DNA of 64,000 bases from Methanothrix sp. (GTDB lineage Archaea; Halobacteriota; Methanosarcinia; Methanotrichales; Methanotrichaceae): positions 1,312,001 to 1,376,000 of the forward strand of contig OY821645.1 in NCBI GenBank assembly GCA_963682135.1, given 5' to 3'. The translations under genes were made by a program, and so were the position numbers. Position 1 is the stretch's first letter. Every line of letters begins with the position of its first letter. Of the stretch, positions 9,057 to 18,027 are shown one piece after another. A model generated the notes under the pieces. That model made no database searches. It worked only from the letters and a program-made list of their open reading frames with translations, and had not been told where the DNA came from.

Positions 9057-10112
9057 CTAAAAGATAGCTATTATGTCAGATTGTCCGGCCCTTCTCACAA
9101 TGCTGGAAAGAGACGACATGGATCCCCACATATTATCGGATTTTTTATCTATAACCATCACTCTTGCCTCTTTTCCTTCCCGAATGGACCCCAGCCTCTG
9201 ATCAAGCCCAGTCACTTTAGCACCATTTAGCGTGCACATCTTAAATACCTGTCTATCGTCATGCAGCAGAGCCTTGCTGATGAAATGCATCTCCTCAAAG
9301 ATGTCCGGCGAGTTCATCATAACATTATCCGTTCCCGCGGCAACGGTGATGCCTAAATCTAACATTTTTTTCACATTGGGCAGACCTACGCCGGTAACCA
9401 GATTTGACCTGGGACAGACGACGACTGGAATGCCGGCGTGGGCCACGTCCCTCAGATCCGCCTCTTGCGCCCTATTCATATGCACCAGGAAATCCGGATG
9501 GAGGGCAAGAGCTGCGCCAATATCATCATTACCGGCTTCGCCGGCGTGCACGCCTACCGCCAGGCCCCTCCGTCTAGCTGCCGCCACTGCCGCTCGAATA
9601 TGATCCGGATCATGGTCTCGAGTGCTGCTTATTCCCAGGCCCCAGCAATTATCCGGGCTATTTATCAGGCCGGGACCTGGCCGCCCCAGGATTCTGGCAA
9701 TAAGAGGCAGACCGAGCATGGCCTCTTGCAGCATACTCACGCCCTCGCCACCTCCTTCCCTAAAATCAGCAAAAGCACATGTGCCGGACGCAGCCATCAA
9801 TTGCAGGCTTCTTCTCATACCTTCCAGGAGGGCGGAGCGCGGCATTTGGGCTAGCTTTTGTGCCTTCAATCCACCGGGACCTACCAACTCAGAAAGCGGC
9901 AAAAAGGGAGGGTCCTTGAATGCGGAGTCGCCCACATGGACATGCGCATTCACGAAGCGAGGGCAGACAATGCCCTCATAGTCTGCATCTACATGCTCAG
10001 AGCCAAACTCCCGGATGATGCCGTCCCGGATGCAGATATAGCCGTCCAGTGGTGTGAAATCATCGCCATAGATTATGGTTCCTTGTAGCAGGATCTCGCG
10101 TGCCTCTGGCAT
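9057..10112 (-). CDS. metal-dependent amidohydrolase/deaminase family protein
   Basis: NAHVH, HAGE, LVHM, CPRSN, GTDN and TLNGA motifs. Confidence 0.85.
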   Translation of the reverse strand: MPEAREILLQGTIIYGDDFTPLDGYICIRDGIIREFGSEHVDADYEGIVCPRFVNAHVHVGDSAFKDPPFLPLSELVGPGGLKAQKLAQMPRSALLEGMRRSLQLMAASGTCAFADFREGGGEGVSMLQEAMLGLPLIARILGRPGPGLINSPDNCWGLGISSTRDHDPDHIRAAVAAARRRGLAVGVHAGEAGNDDIGAALALHPDFLVHMNRAQEADLRDVAHAGIPVVVCPRSNLVTGVGLPNVKKMLDLGITVAAGTDNVMMNSPDIFEEMHFISKALLHDDRQVFKMCTLNGAKVTGLDQRLGSIREGKEARVMVIDKKSDNMWGSMSSLSSIVRRAGQSDIIAIF

Positions 10113-10307
10113 ATCGTGACCGCTCCCACGAATAAACTCGTCGGCATCTACGGTCTTTCAACCGCAATATATAGCTATGCCGCAGAACGAAAGTAATCTG
10201 GGCGGGGCACGATTCATCCCACCACTGATAAGAGGCAGGGATTCTCTCCCCTGCGCCCAAAATAGTCCTAAACTTGCCAAGCCGCACACGACTGAGGTGG
10301 CAAAAGT

Positions 10308-10985
10308 ACGACCAGGCCCTTTGTATTCATTAATAGCGCCATGAGCGCAGACGGCAAAATAAGCTCCTTTGAGCATAGCCAGGTTAGAATCTCCGGCCAG
10401 GCAGACAGGGCCAGAGTCGACCTTATCCGATCGGAGAGCGATGCCATCATGGTAGGGGTAGGAACAGTGCTGGCAGACGATCCCAGCCTGAGGGTGAAGT
10501 CGCAAAGCTCTCGCGAGGCCAGACGGAAGAAAGGCCAGCAGGAGGACCCGCTTCGCATTATTGCCGATAGCCGGGCAAGAACGCCTCCGTCGGCTAAGAT
10601 ATTAGGACCGGGATGCATCCTGGCCGCCGCCGGTTCTGCGCCCCAGCAACGACTGGACAGACTCTCCTCAACCGGGTCTGAGATAATAGTATGCGGAAAA
10701 GAGAAGGTCGATCTTTCTGAGCTGTTCTCTCAGCTTTTCGATCGTGGGGTCAAGCGTCTCATGGTGGAAGGAGGAGCTACACTCAATTGGTCGCTTCTCA
10801 ATCTCGGCCTGGTGGATGAGCTTTATGTCTACATGGGTGCGATGATCATCGGTGGAAAAAATGCACCTACCCTGGTGGACGGGCCGGGATTCAAAGAGCA
10901 CTTCCCCGGGCTGACCCTGAGCAGTGTGCAGCTGCAGGACGATGGAGTGCTCCTCAAGTGGAGAGTGCCAAGCAAGCCGTCCTGA
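10308..10985 (+). CDS. 2,5-diamino-6-(ribosylamino)-4(3H)-pyrimidinone 5'-phosphate reductase (archaeal RibD-reductase/Rib7 type); start uncertain
   Basis: SADGKI, DAIMVGVGTVLADDPSL and LMVEGGATLNWS motifs. The conserved RPFVFINSA continues in frame upstream of the ATG at 10341. Confidence 0.88.
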   Translation, partial: TTRPFVFINSAMSADGKISSFEHSQVRISGQADRARVDLIRSESDAIMVGVGTVLADDPSLRVKSQSSREARRKKGQQEDPLRIIADSRARTPPSAKILGPGCILAAAGSAPQQRLDRLSSTGSEIIVCGKEKVDLSELFSQLFDRGVKRLMVEGGATLNWSLLNLGLVDELYVYMGAMIIGGKNAPTLVDGPGFKEHFPGLTLSSVQLQDDGVLLKWRVPSKPS

Positions 10986-11022
10986 CGATCATTTGATCTT
11001 GGGATGATGTGCCCGACCGCGC

Positions 11023-11475
11023 CTAATCCTTCCTCACCACAAGCACAGGAATATGACTGCTTCGGACCACCTTATCGGCCACGCTGCCCAGGAGGAAACC
11101 TTCCAGTCCAGTAGCTCCTATTCCGCCCATGACGATGAGGTTCATATCGCCTTCTTTAGAGACACGGATGATGTCTTCGGCTGGATAGCCTTCCACAGTC
11201 TTTCGGGTCACGGCAATGCCGGCCTTCTCTGCCATCTCTTCTACCCTTTTTGTGGCCTTATCGCCCTGATCTTGCAGATTGCGTCTTATGCCTGCGATGA
11301 GGTCGTCGGCAACCTTTGAGACCAGATCTCCCAGGGGCCCATACTCCTTGCCGATATCCACCACAAAAAGAGCTGTTACGGCTGAGCCGTAGAGCCTGGC
11401 CATCTCTATTCCAGCTTCCGCGGCCCTCTCGCTATGCTTGGAGCCGTCGGTTGCAATCAAGATCCGTTCAAACAT
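11023..11475 (-). CDS. universal stress protein (UspA family)
   Basis: RILIATDGS and LLGSVADKVVRSSHIPVLVV. Confidence 0.92.
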   Translation of the reverse strand: MFERILIATDGSKHSERAAEAGIEMARLYGSAVTALFVVDIGKEYGPLGDLVSKVADDLIAGIRRNLQDQGDKATKRVEEMAEKAGIAVTRKTVEGYPAEDIIRVSKEGDMNLIVMGGIGATGLEGFLLGSVADKVVRSSHIPVLVVRKD

Positions 11476-11489
11476 GATCAGTTCCCTCT

Positions 11490-12191
11490 TCAGCTTCTCA
11501 TGAACTTATCCCAGCCCTCGTAATGCGTCTTGAGGACGGTGCAGATGTCTTCCATCATCGCGAAGGGAATGCCCACCACGACAGCCTCATCCTCCAGGCC
11601 GGAGTTTCTCGCTGATCCATCACAGCCAAAAGAGACGTTCACCTCTCCTTTGAGGTAGGGCGAGGCAGTGGCATCCACACAAAGGGACTGAATTCCCGCC
11701 GTATTGAATGTAGACCTGCCCCCCTCCTTGAACATGACCGCCTGCACTATTCGCCTGGCATTAAGCGGATTGCCGATAAATATCACCACATCCGGGTTCA
11801 TTGCCATCTTATCCAGGGGGGATACGTAGGTGGCAATTGTGCTGCCGGGAAGAAGGCGCGGCATATTGGCGGCGATGCTGCTGCCCACATCCTTGGTCTC
11901 GCATTTATGCAGCTTGTCGAAGTACAGAGTTCCGGAAGCGATGTTCTCCGGGCACTGCATCATCCCCAGCCCCGAGGCTCCGCCTTTGCATGCATGATCG
12001 TCGCCACGGGCAAGGAAGCTCTTTCCCTCCTTCCTCGCCTTCAGGATCATGCCGCAGTAATGGATGGGCTTGTCTGCGGTCTCAAGACCCTTGGGAATTT
12101 CCGCTTCACTCTTAAACAGTTTTACGCCAACGATATTATCGCGAATTCCCAGGGAGGACTTCAATATATCGGACATCTCTTCAAGATTCAT
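11490..12191 (-). CDS. DUF169-family protein
   Basis: VGVKL, HYCGMI, HACKGGASGLG, PDVVIF, QSLCVD and SFGCDGSAR pattern; likely start is ATG 12191. Confidence 0.75.
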   Translation of the reverse strand: MNLEEMSDILKSSLGIRDNIVGVKLFKSEAEIPKGLETADKPIHYCGMILKARKEGKSFLARGDDHACKGGASGLGMMQCPENIASGTLYFDKLHKCETKDVGSSIAANMPRLLPGSTIATYVSPLDKMAMNPDVVIFIGNPLNARRIVQAVMFKEGGRSTFNTAGIQSLCVDATASPYLKGEVNVSFGCDGSARNSGLEDEAVVVGIPFAMMEDICTVLKTHYEGWDKFMRS

Positions 12192-12356
12192 CTCAAATAC
12201 ACCGCATTTTAAGAGGAGCGAATGGCATTTCTCACTTGCGCTCTGGGGCAAGGATGGGAAAAATGCTGCAAGTTCAGTTTAGAGATATTGATATTGAGGC
12301 ATTGTCTAGATGGATAGTAAGAAAAATGAAAAAAGAAGAATATCAAAAAGTGATAT

Positions 12357-12779
12357 CTAAGCGGCCTTTGCCTCCTCAGGATAGCGGGAGACAATATTGC
12401 CTGTGGCATCCTTTAAGGTAGCCGTGTCGCCATCATTGTTCCAGATGGAAGAGCTGCGGTTCCAGAAGAGATCTACTGAAGTGTCATTTCCCGTTCCCGT
12501 GCGAATCTTGGCGACGCCGCCGGCTTTCAGGCTGAAATCCGGGAACTTGTAGGTGTGATTCTGTGCGTCCTCCAGCGTCCAGCCGATGAGGCTTACATCC
12601 GCAGTCCCCAGATTGGATATCTCCACCCATTCTTCATCCAGGTTCTCTTTCTCGGGACTTGGAGCCGCAAAATTGGCGTTGGTTATGGCGATACCGCTCT
12701 CTGCTCCCTGCACCAGTGCCGCCCCCAGGAATAGGACGGCGAGGGAGATTAGCGCCCCTGCAAATATTCGGTTATTCAT
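12357..12779 (-). CDS. secreted lamin-tail-domain (LTD) protein
   Basis: Signal peptide; EWVEISN, GWTLED and IWNNDGDTATLKD motifs. Confidence 0.85.
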   Translation of the reverse strand: MNNRIFAGALISLAVLFLGAALVQGAESGIAITNANFAAPSPEKENLDEEWVEISNLGTADVSLIGWTLEDAQNHTYKFPDFSLKAGGVAKIRTGTGNDTSVDLFWNRSSSIWNNDGDTATLKDATGNIVSRYPEEAKAA

Positions 12780-13009
12780 CTTTGTTTCTCCAGATTGCTC
12801 AGTACAGTTTAGTATTTTTAATACTGATCAAACTTCAGTAATATAAATTTTTCGGAAGAGTAATTAGCAAGCATTATTATAACCAATCATCTTTGCAGCC
12901 GGGTTGGACCCCGTAAATCCAAATCATCAAAGACTGAAAGGCACTTTGGAAGAGACCCGGCACGAAGAGCCAACAGCTCTTTCCAGGGCCCTGGGCTCCG
13001 GTGCGCCAC

Positions 13010-13597
13010 ATGAATATATCAGTTGCAACAAACAGCCAGTACATGGAAGACGATATAATTTGTGAGAAGGCTATTGAGATACTCAATCCCGGCCGGCTCT
13101 ATTTCGCCCTCAAAGCCATGAGGACCTCGCCGGTTAAGATATCGTTTGACATGGGCGACCTGAATCTGACATCGGGCAACGTTTCTTCGCTGATAAGCAT
13201 CGAAGGAGATTTGCCGGAGGAAGTTCAGGGTATGCAGTGGTTTGTGCCCCTGGAGGATCTGTTGATATTGCAGGACCTGATCCAGCCGGATACATATTAT
13301 TGGGAGAGCAGGGCCATGGTTTTGGAGTGGCAGTGCGATCTGGTTGTGGATAGCACCATTGACGAGAAGAGCCCCCTGGAGACGCTCGAACAGGAGGAAG
13401 CCTATCGCGATCAGCTCCTGGTCAGCAATCGAGAGTACCGGGAACTGCAGATGGCATTGGATGACTGCAACGCCCACATCCCGCAGGTATTGTTCTCCAT
13501 CTATCCAGACCGACTGAATTTCGCGTTCAACTGTTCTGAGCACGACGAAATCGTGGGGACGATGATCCAACTGAAGAATCAGAAAGAGGCAAGATAA
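13010..13597 (+). CDS. hypothetical acidic protein
   Basis: ~195-aa ORF with coding-like composition, followed by a T-tract. Confidence 0.6.
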   Translation: MNISVATNSQYMEDDIICEKAIEILNPGRLYFALKAMRTSPVKISFDMGDLNLTSGNVSSLISIEGDLPEEVQGMQWFVPLEDLLILQDLIQPDTYYWESRAMVLEWQCDLVVDSTIDEKSPLETLEQEEAYRDQLLVSNREYRELQMALDDCNAHIPQVLFSIYPDRLNFAFNCSEHDEIVGTMIQLKNQKEAR

Positions 13598-13651
13598 AAC
13601 TTTTTAGTATCGGCAATCTTCGAATTCGATTCCATTTCAATCCGTTAATCG

Positions 13652-13750
13652 CTCTGAGCCTCTGTGTCTCTGTGGTTATTGTTCAGTAACAGTAAAGTTA
13701 ATTAGGGCTAAGCATAACGGACCAAACCACAGAGGAGCAGAGACACAGAG
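13652..13750. repeat. ~100-bp inverted-repeat element, copy 1 (CTCTGTGTCTCTGTGGTT ... AACCACAGAG-N-CAGAGACACAGAG)
   Basis: Arms at 13652-13677 and 13725-13750; near-identical arms recur at 16596-16693. Confidence 0.8.
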
Positions 13751-13965
13751 GCAACAGAACCATTTCGTCACCCACACCAAAGAGGGAGGGACCTTAATTG
13801 GGACGAGAGATTCAGAATGCTCCGCACTGTAGGCACTACATCCACCCTTGACCCGTGTTCAGCAAAGTTTCTGCTCGCGCCCCAGGCCTCTCAGGATGGC
13901 CATAATTCGCAACGGCAAAATGTTTTTCAGGTTATAGGTAAACGGATTATAAAAAGGGACTCCCA

Positions 13966-14628
13966 ATGAGAAATGAAATAATACTTATCTCAATTCTGCT
14001 GACGTTATTGCTGGCGCCACTGATTTTAGCAGAGCCCAGAGAAGTCTATGGCAAAGTGACCTATGTTGTGGATGGCGATACAATCCACGTCCAGATCCAG
14101 GGCTACGATGAAAGGATAGGTAATATCACAGTTAGACTAGCAGATGTTGATTCTCCCGAAATGAACACTCCGGAAGGCAATGATTCGAGGAACTATACTT
14201 ACCAAGTATTGAATGGCAAATTCGTCTACTTGGACCTCGATAATGTAACCGAAAGAGATCGATATTGCCGTTGGGTAGCTGTTGCATATCTCCAAGAGCA
14301 AGATGGTACGCTAGCGAACTTTAACCGGATGCTGGTTGACTCCGGTTGTGCCTGCATCTGTAATTTCACAAATAATGAATTTGATCCGCACACCTGGTGG
14401 AATGGAACCTACCCGTCATCTATCTGCATAAAATGTGATCCCTGCACAAAAGATTCCGGGTCATGTTCTGAGGGTTCGCTCGTCGGCAGTACATCATCGC
14501 GCAAATATCACTATTCTAGCTGCCAGTGGGCCAAGAAAATAAATCCGGCAAACTTGATCAGGTTCAACAGCACTCAGGATGCTGCAAACCAGGGGTATGT
14601 GCCATGCAAAGTGTGCAATCCGCCATAA
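13966..14628 (+). CDS. secreted thermonuclease (SNase family) with C-terminal Ada-type metal-binding domain
   Basis: Signal peptide; VVDGDTI, VRLADVDSPE, DRYCRWVA and NRMLVDSG; C-terminal KYHYSSC...GYVPCKVCNP. Confidence 0.88.
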   Translation: MRNEIILISILLTLLLAPLILAEPREVYGKVTYVVDGDTIHVQIQGYDERIGNITVRLADVDSPEMNTPEGNDSRNYTYQVLNGKFVYLDLDNVTERDRYCRWVAVAYLQEQDGTLANFNRMLVDSGCACICNFTNNEFDPHTWWNGTYPSSICIKCDPCTKDSGSCSEGSLVGSTSSRKYHYSSCQWAKKINPANLIRFNSTQDAANQGYVPCKVCNPP

Positions 14629-14779
14629 GGTTTCTCTCCCGCGCTGCCATTGACCAGTTGCACCTCCCCTGCCACTGAGCGAGGATCGCGGGTGCACATG
14701 TGACGCGCAGCCCACTTGCCAAGCTCACGAATCTAAATCGGATATTTCATATCCTTTGAAACCCGAATAGAATATTGGT

Positions 14780-15037
14780 ATGTTCGCAGAATACATTCAG
14801 GCTGCTTTGGAGAAAGCGCAATACAAGGTCATCGATAATGGCGACGAGCCATATTTTGTGGATGTTCCAGAATTAGATGGCGTATGGGCGACAGGCTGCA
14901 CTGTTGAAGAGGCACGCAGGAATTTCATCGAGGCTCTTGAGGATTGGATCGCAGCCCATCTGCTCTGGAATCTGGCACTTCCTCCAATTAGCGGTCAAAC
15001 CATAAGCGTCTCAAAGGAGCCGATACCTATTGCCTAA
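14780..15037 (+). CDS. HicB-family antitoxin (short form)
   Basis: VPELDGVWATGCTVEEARRNFIEALEDWI; overlaps the start of the downstream HicA gene. Confidence 0.85.
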   Translation: MFAEYIQAALEKAQYKVIDNGDEPYFVDVPELDGVWATGCTVEEARRNFIEALEDWIAAHLLWNLALPPISGQTISVSKEPIPIA

Positions 15038-15251
15038 GCTGTCTCCTGTATCGCGATCAGAGTTGATCCACCGACTGAAAGAGCTTGGATTTGAGGGCCC
15101 ATTTCCCGGCAAGAAACATCAACACATGAAAAGAGGGATTACACTGGCCATCATCCCAAATCCGCATGGGGAGAAAATAAGCGTCGATCTACTTTCGGAG
15201 ATTCTGAGAAAGGCACAGATCAGTAGAGATGATTGGTTTTCGGTGGCCTGA
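15030..15251 (+). CDS. HicA-family mRNA interferase toxin
   Basis: ELIHRLKELGF, GKKHQHM, IPNPH and LLSEILRKAQISRDDW. Confidence 0.85.
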   Translation: MPKLSPVSRSELIHRLKELGFEGPFPGKKHQHMKRGITLAIIPNPHGEKISVDLLSEILRKAQISRDDWFSVA

Positions 15252-15267
15252 TGATATCTAGGATTTT

Positions 15268-16755
15268 TTAGTCCCTACCTTTCCAAATCCTGATGATAAG
15301 TGCAATCCCTGCCAGGTTTATGGCCAGGATGAGTATGATCCCGATTATTCTCTTCCAATCACTCTTCGGCGCAGCCTTGCCGGCCAGATCCATCGCTACA
15401 TCTCCGTTCACCAGCACGGCCCACTCCCTGCCTCCGGCCATAAGGCTGTACTGCCCGCGCTCCAGGCCCCGGAAGCAGCAGTCCCCCGCCGCAGCGGCGT
15501 CCGCCAGATGCGCCCCATCCCGCCAGAGCGCGAGGCCCACGGGCGCGCCTGTCACGCGCAGCTCGTAGCTGTCTGCGACGGGCAGGCTACGGCCATTGCC
15601 GGAGAGGTTGCCGGAGATATTGAGCAGATCCATAACCGTTGGCGCGACATCGGTCTCAGACCAGCGGCCGCCCAGGTTCAGCTCCTCCACTCCCGGCCCC
15701 AGGAAGACCAAGGGCACGCGCAGCGCCTCCGGCCTGGCCGCATATTTATCAGCAGAGTGCCCGCCCTTGCCTGTCTCTGAAGGAAAGACCATGCCGTGAT
15801 CGGCGGTGACGGCTAGCAGCACGTTGCTTTTGCGGCAGATCTCGGCCAGCCGGCCCAGGGGCGCATCCAGAGCGGTGACCACTTCGCGATAGCTGTCCGC
15901 TCCCAGGTTCTGCCCGGCACTGTCCACCGCGCCCACATTCACCAGCATGAGAAAATGCTGGCCAGAAAGGTTCTGAACGGTGTCCGCTGCGGCGTCCAGA
16001 GCCCAGGCATCATAGCCGGCATAGCCTGCGGCGCCCTGCGGCGCAGAATACCGGGCAAACCTGTCCCGCCAGGCCTGAAATCGGTACCGGAGGCCCGTCG
16101 GCACGCCGGCCCGAAAGCCGGGAATAGGCTCGGCCCCGTGCAGGGAGTTGTCACCCAGATAGAGAACGCCGTCCATCTCCCGCAATACAGGCATGCTGTC
16201 TCCCCGCTCCAGAACGGCCAGACAGAGGTAGCCCTCAGCGTGCGCGAGGTCGAAGATGGTAGTCCCGAGTCGGTCGGGATTGGTTCCTGAGTTGCCGGTG
16301 ATGAGAATGCTATGGCTCTTGGTGGTCTCGGGCACGGGCACCCGCACGTCCACCGCCCGTGCCCCGCCGCCGGTCAGATTGAAGAGCACAGCCCCATTGA
16401 TGGGCGAGCCGTCCAGGGCGTAGGCGCGATGCTCCGGATAGACGTAAGACGCACCCAGCCCGTCCACTACCAGAATGACAGCTCCGCTGGGCTGGGCCAC
16501 GGGCCCCACCTGCACATCGATGGCACCGACTATGCTGGAAATTATGAATAATAATAATAGTATAGATGATAATAACAACGTAGTTGGCCTGCCTACTCTG
16601 TGCCTCTGTGTCTCTGTGGTTGGTTTTTGTATGCTATGGCTATCATCATCCCAGACAGCTTCAACAAAACCACAGAGGCACAGAGACACAGAGAACGAAA
16701 AAAGACTACCAGCATGCGATAATTTCGTCATCAAAAAAAGAAAAAGACGAATCAT
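15268..16755 (-). CDS. membrane-anchored alkaline phosphatase/metalloenzyme superfamily protein (true start probably near 16578)
   Basis: ILVVDGLG, PETTKSH, VDSAGQ, TADHG and GGHS; signal-like LLLSSILLLLFIISS; C-terminal TM helix. The 5' extension is translated repeat sequence. Confidence 0.75.
   Translation of the reverse strand: MIRLFLFLMTKLSHAGSLFSFSVSLCLCGFVEAVWDDDSHSIQKPTTETQRHRVGRPTTLLLSSILLLLFIISSIVGAIDVQVGPVAQPSGAVILVVDGLGASYVYPEHRAYALDGSPINGAVLFNLTGGGARAVDVRVPVPETTKSHSILITGNSGTNPDRLGTTIFDLAHAEGYLCLAVLERGDSMPVLREMDGVLYLGDNSLHGAEPIPGFRAGVPTGLRYRFQAWRDRFARYSAPQGAAGYAGYDAWALDAAADTVQNLSGQHFLMLVNVGAVDSAGQNLGADSYREVVTALDAPLGRLAEICRKSNVLLAVTADHGMVFPSETGKGGHSADKYAARPEALRVPLVFLGPGVEELNLGGRWSETDVAPTVMDLLNISGNLSGNGRSLPVADSYELRVTGAPVGLALWRDGAHLADAAAAGDCCFRGLERGQYSLMAGGREWAVLVNGDVAMDLAGKAAPKSDWKRIIGIILILAINLAGIALIIRIWKGRD
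16596..16693. repeat. ~100-bp inverted-repeat element, copy 2
   Basis: CTCTGTGCCTCTGTGTCTCTGTGGTT (16596-16621) and AACCACAGAGGCACAGAGACACAGAG (16668-16693). Confidence 0.8.
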
Positions 16756-16772
16756 CCAAGATCTGCAGATCT

Positions 16773-17960
16773 CTAGAAGTCCGTCATGACCCGGTACTGG
16801 TCGATCTCGGTCTGCTTGAGACCCGTCAGGAACTGCTCGGCCATGTCGCGAATATCCCTGGAACGGGTGATAGCTCGGCCCACCACCAGGATGTTCGCGC
16901 CTGCCGCCAGAGCCGCGCCCTCGGTATCCACCCGAATGCCGCCGGCGACTGCCACCAGCAGCCTGCGCCCTTCTTTGGCAAGAGCCTTGATCTCGCCGAT
17001 GTTGCTCCAGGCGTGCGCGCTCTTCTCCATGTCTATTGCCCGGTGCAGCTCGACCACATCCGGCAGAACTTCGAGGCCCTTCAGAACAACCAGAGGATCA
17101 GGCACATTGAGCATATCGATGATGCTATAGATGCCGGTCTTCCTGGCCTCCCGGATGGACAGTTCGATCGTCTTCTTGGGAGCAAGGCCCGATATGACCA
17201 CCGCGTCCGCCGCGGCGTCTGCTGCCAGACGCACCTCCAGGTTTCCGGTATCCAGAGTCTTCAGATCCAGAATGATAAAGGCACCCGGCCTTATGGCGCG
17301 AATTTCCTTGACAACACTCATGCCCAGCATTTTGACCAAAGGCGTTCCCACCTCGATGAGAATGTGATCGCTCTCCGGCAGAGCGGCGAGCACGCGGCGC
17401 ACCTCAGCCAGGTCCACCAGATCAAAGGCCACCTGCAAGTATGGCGGATCCCACAGCCGTGTGACACGGAATCCCATGATGGGATGAGTGGAGCGATCCT
17501 TCTCGTAAAGCATCAGATTTACATCCGGGAATCCAGCCATAGCCCTCTCCAGGGCCAGCTTGGTTGCCCCGTAGTTGTAGCGATAGATAGCATCGTAGTC
17601 TTTTGCCTGGGGATGAATAAACACGGATACGATTATCAGCAGCTCTTCGGCCTTATCCTTGGGAATTATGCCTTCAGCTACCGCATCCGCCACTGCTTTG
17701 GAGACGGCCATCTGGGCCGGCCCGAATATCTGGGCGGCTTGATCCATATTCTTCACGGTAACTTTGGGAACGATAAGAGTGGACGGCTTGGGCGGCAGAT
17801 TGGGCCGAATAACACCTAAGACGGGCGTATGCCCTGCCGAAAGCTGCGTGAGGCCAGAGGCAAATGCCGTGGCCACCGGTCCCTCCTTATCTCCAATTAT
17901 CAGATCGATATGTGCAATCTCAGGCTCTTTTCCTATGAGAGCCTCTCCGACTAAAAACAA
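16773..17960 (-). CDS. fae-hps: bifunctional formaldehyde-activating enzyme / 3-hexulose-6-phosphate synthase (Fae-Hps)
   Basis: N-terminal GEALIG..AHIDLIIG..GHTP, FGPAQ and YNYGATK; C-terminal PPYLQVAFD, EVGTPL, DLKTLDTG and VAGG; TTG start after GAGGTG. Confidence 0.93.
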   Translation of the reverse strand: MFLVGEALIGKEPEIAHIDLIIGDKEGPVATAFASGLTQLSAGHTPVLGVIRPNLPPKPSTLIVPKVTVKNMDQAAQIFGPAQMAVSKAVADAVAEGIIPKDKAEELLIIVSVFIHPQAKDYDAIYRYNYGATKLALERAMAGFPDVNLMLYEKDRSTHPIMGFRVTRLWDPPYLQVAFDLVDLAEVRRVLAALPESDHILIEVGTPLVKMLGMSVVKEIRAIRPGAFIILDLKTLDTGNLEVRLAADAAADAVVISGLAPKKTIELSIREARKTGIYSIIDMLNVPDPLVVLKGLEVLPDVVELHRAIDMEKSAHAWSNIGEIKALAKEGRRLLVAVAGGIRVDTEGAALAAGANILVVGRAITRSRDIRDMAEQFLTGLKQTEIDQYRVMTDF

Positions 17961-18027
17961 AAAGATACACCTCGAAAATGAGGTGAGCCATCTCTCTATT
18001 TTAATCCTTTCTCACGAGGCGCGCCCA

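Noticed and set aside
10196-10275. FMN-riboswitch-like words (GGGCGGGG..ATTC..CCCACC and TAGTCC) upstream of the riboflavin-pathway reductase
   Set aside because: The central conserved elements (AGCCCGC, GATCCGGTG, GCCGAC) are missing and the span is too short. It would need an Infernal RF00050 hit to be supported.
13652-16693. CACAGAG repeats as a CRISPR array
   Set aside because: The arms are inverted rather than direct repeats, and there are only two units about 2.9 kb apart.
16584-17819. 411-aa plus-strand ORF
   Set aside because: It is an antisense shadow of fae-hps with no recognisable motifs.
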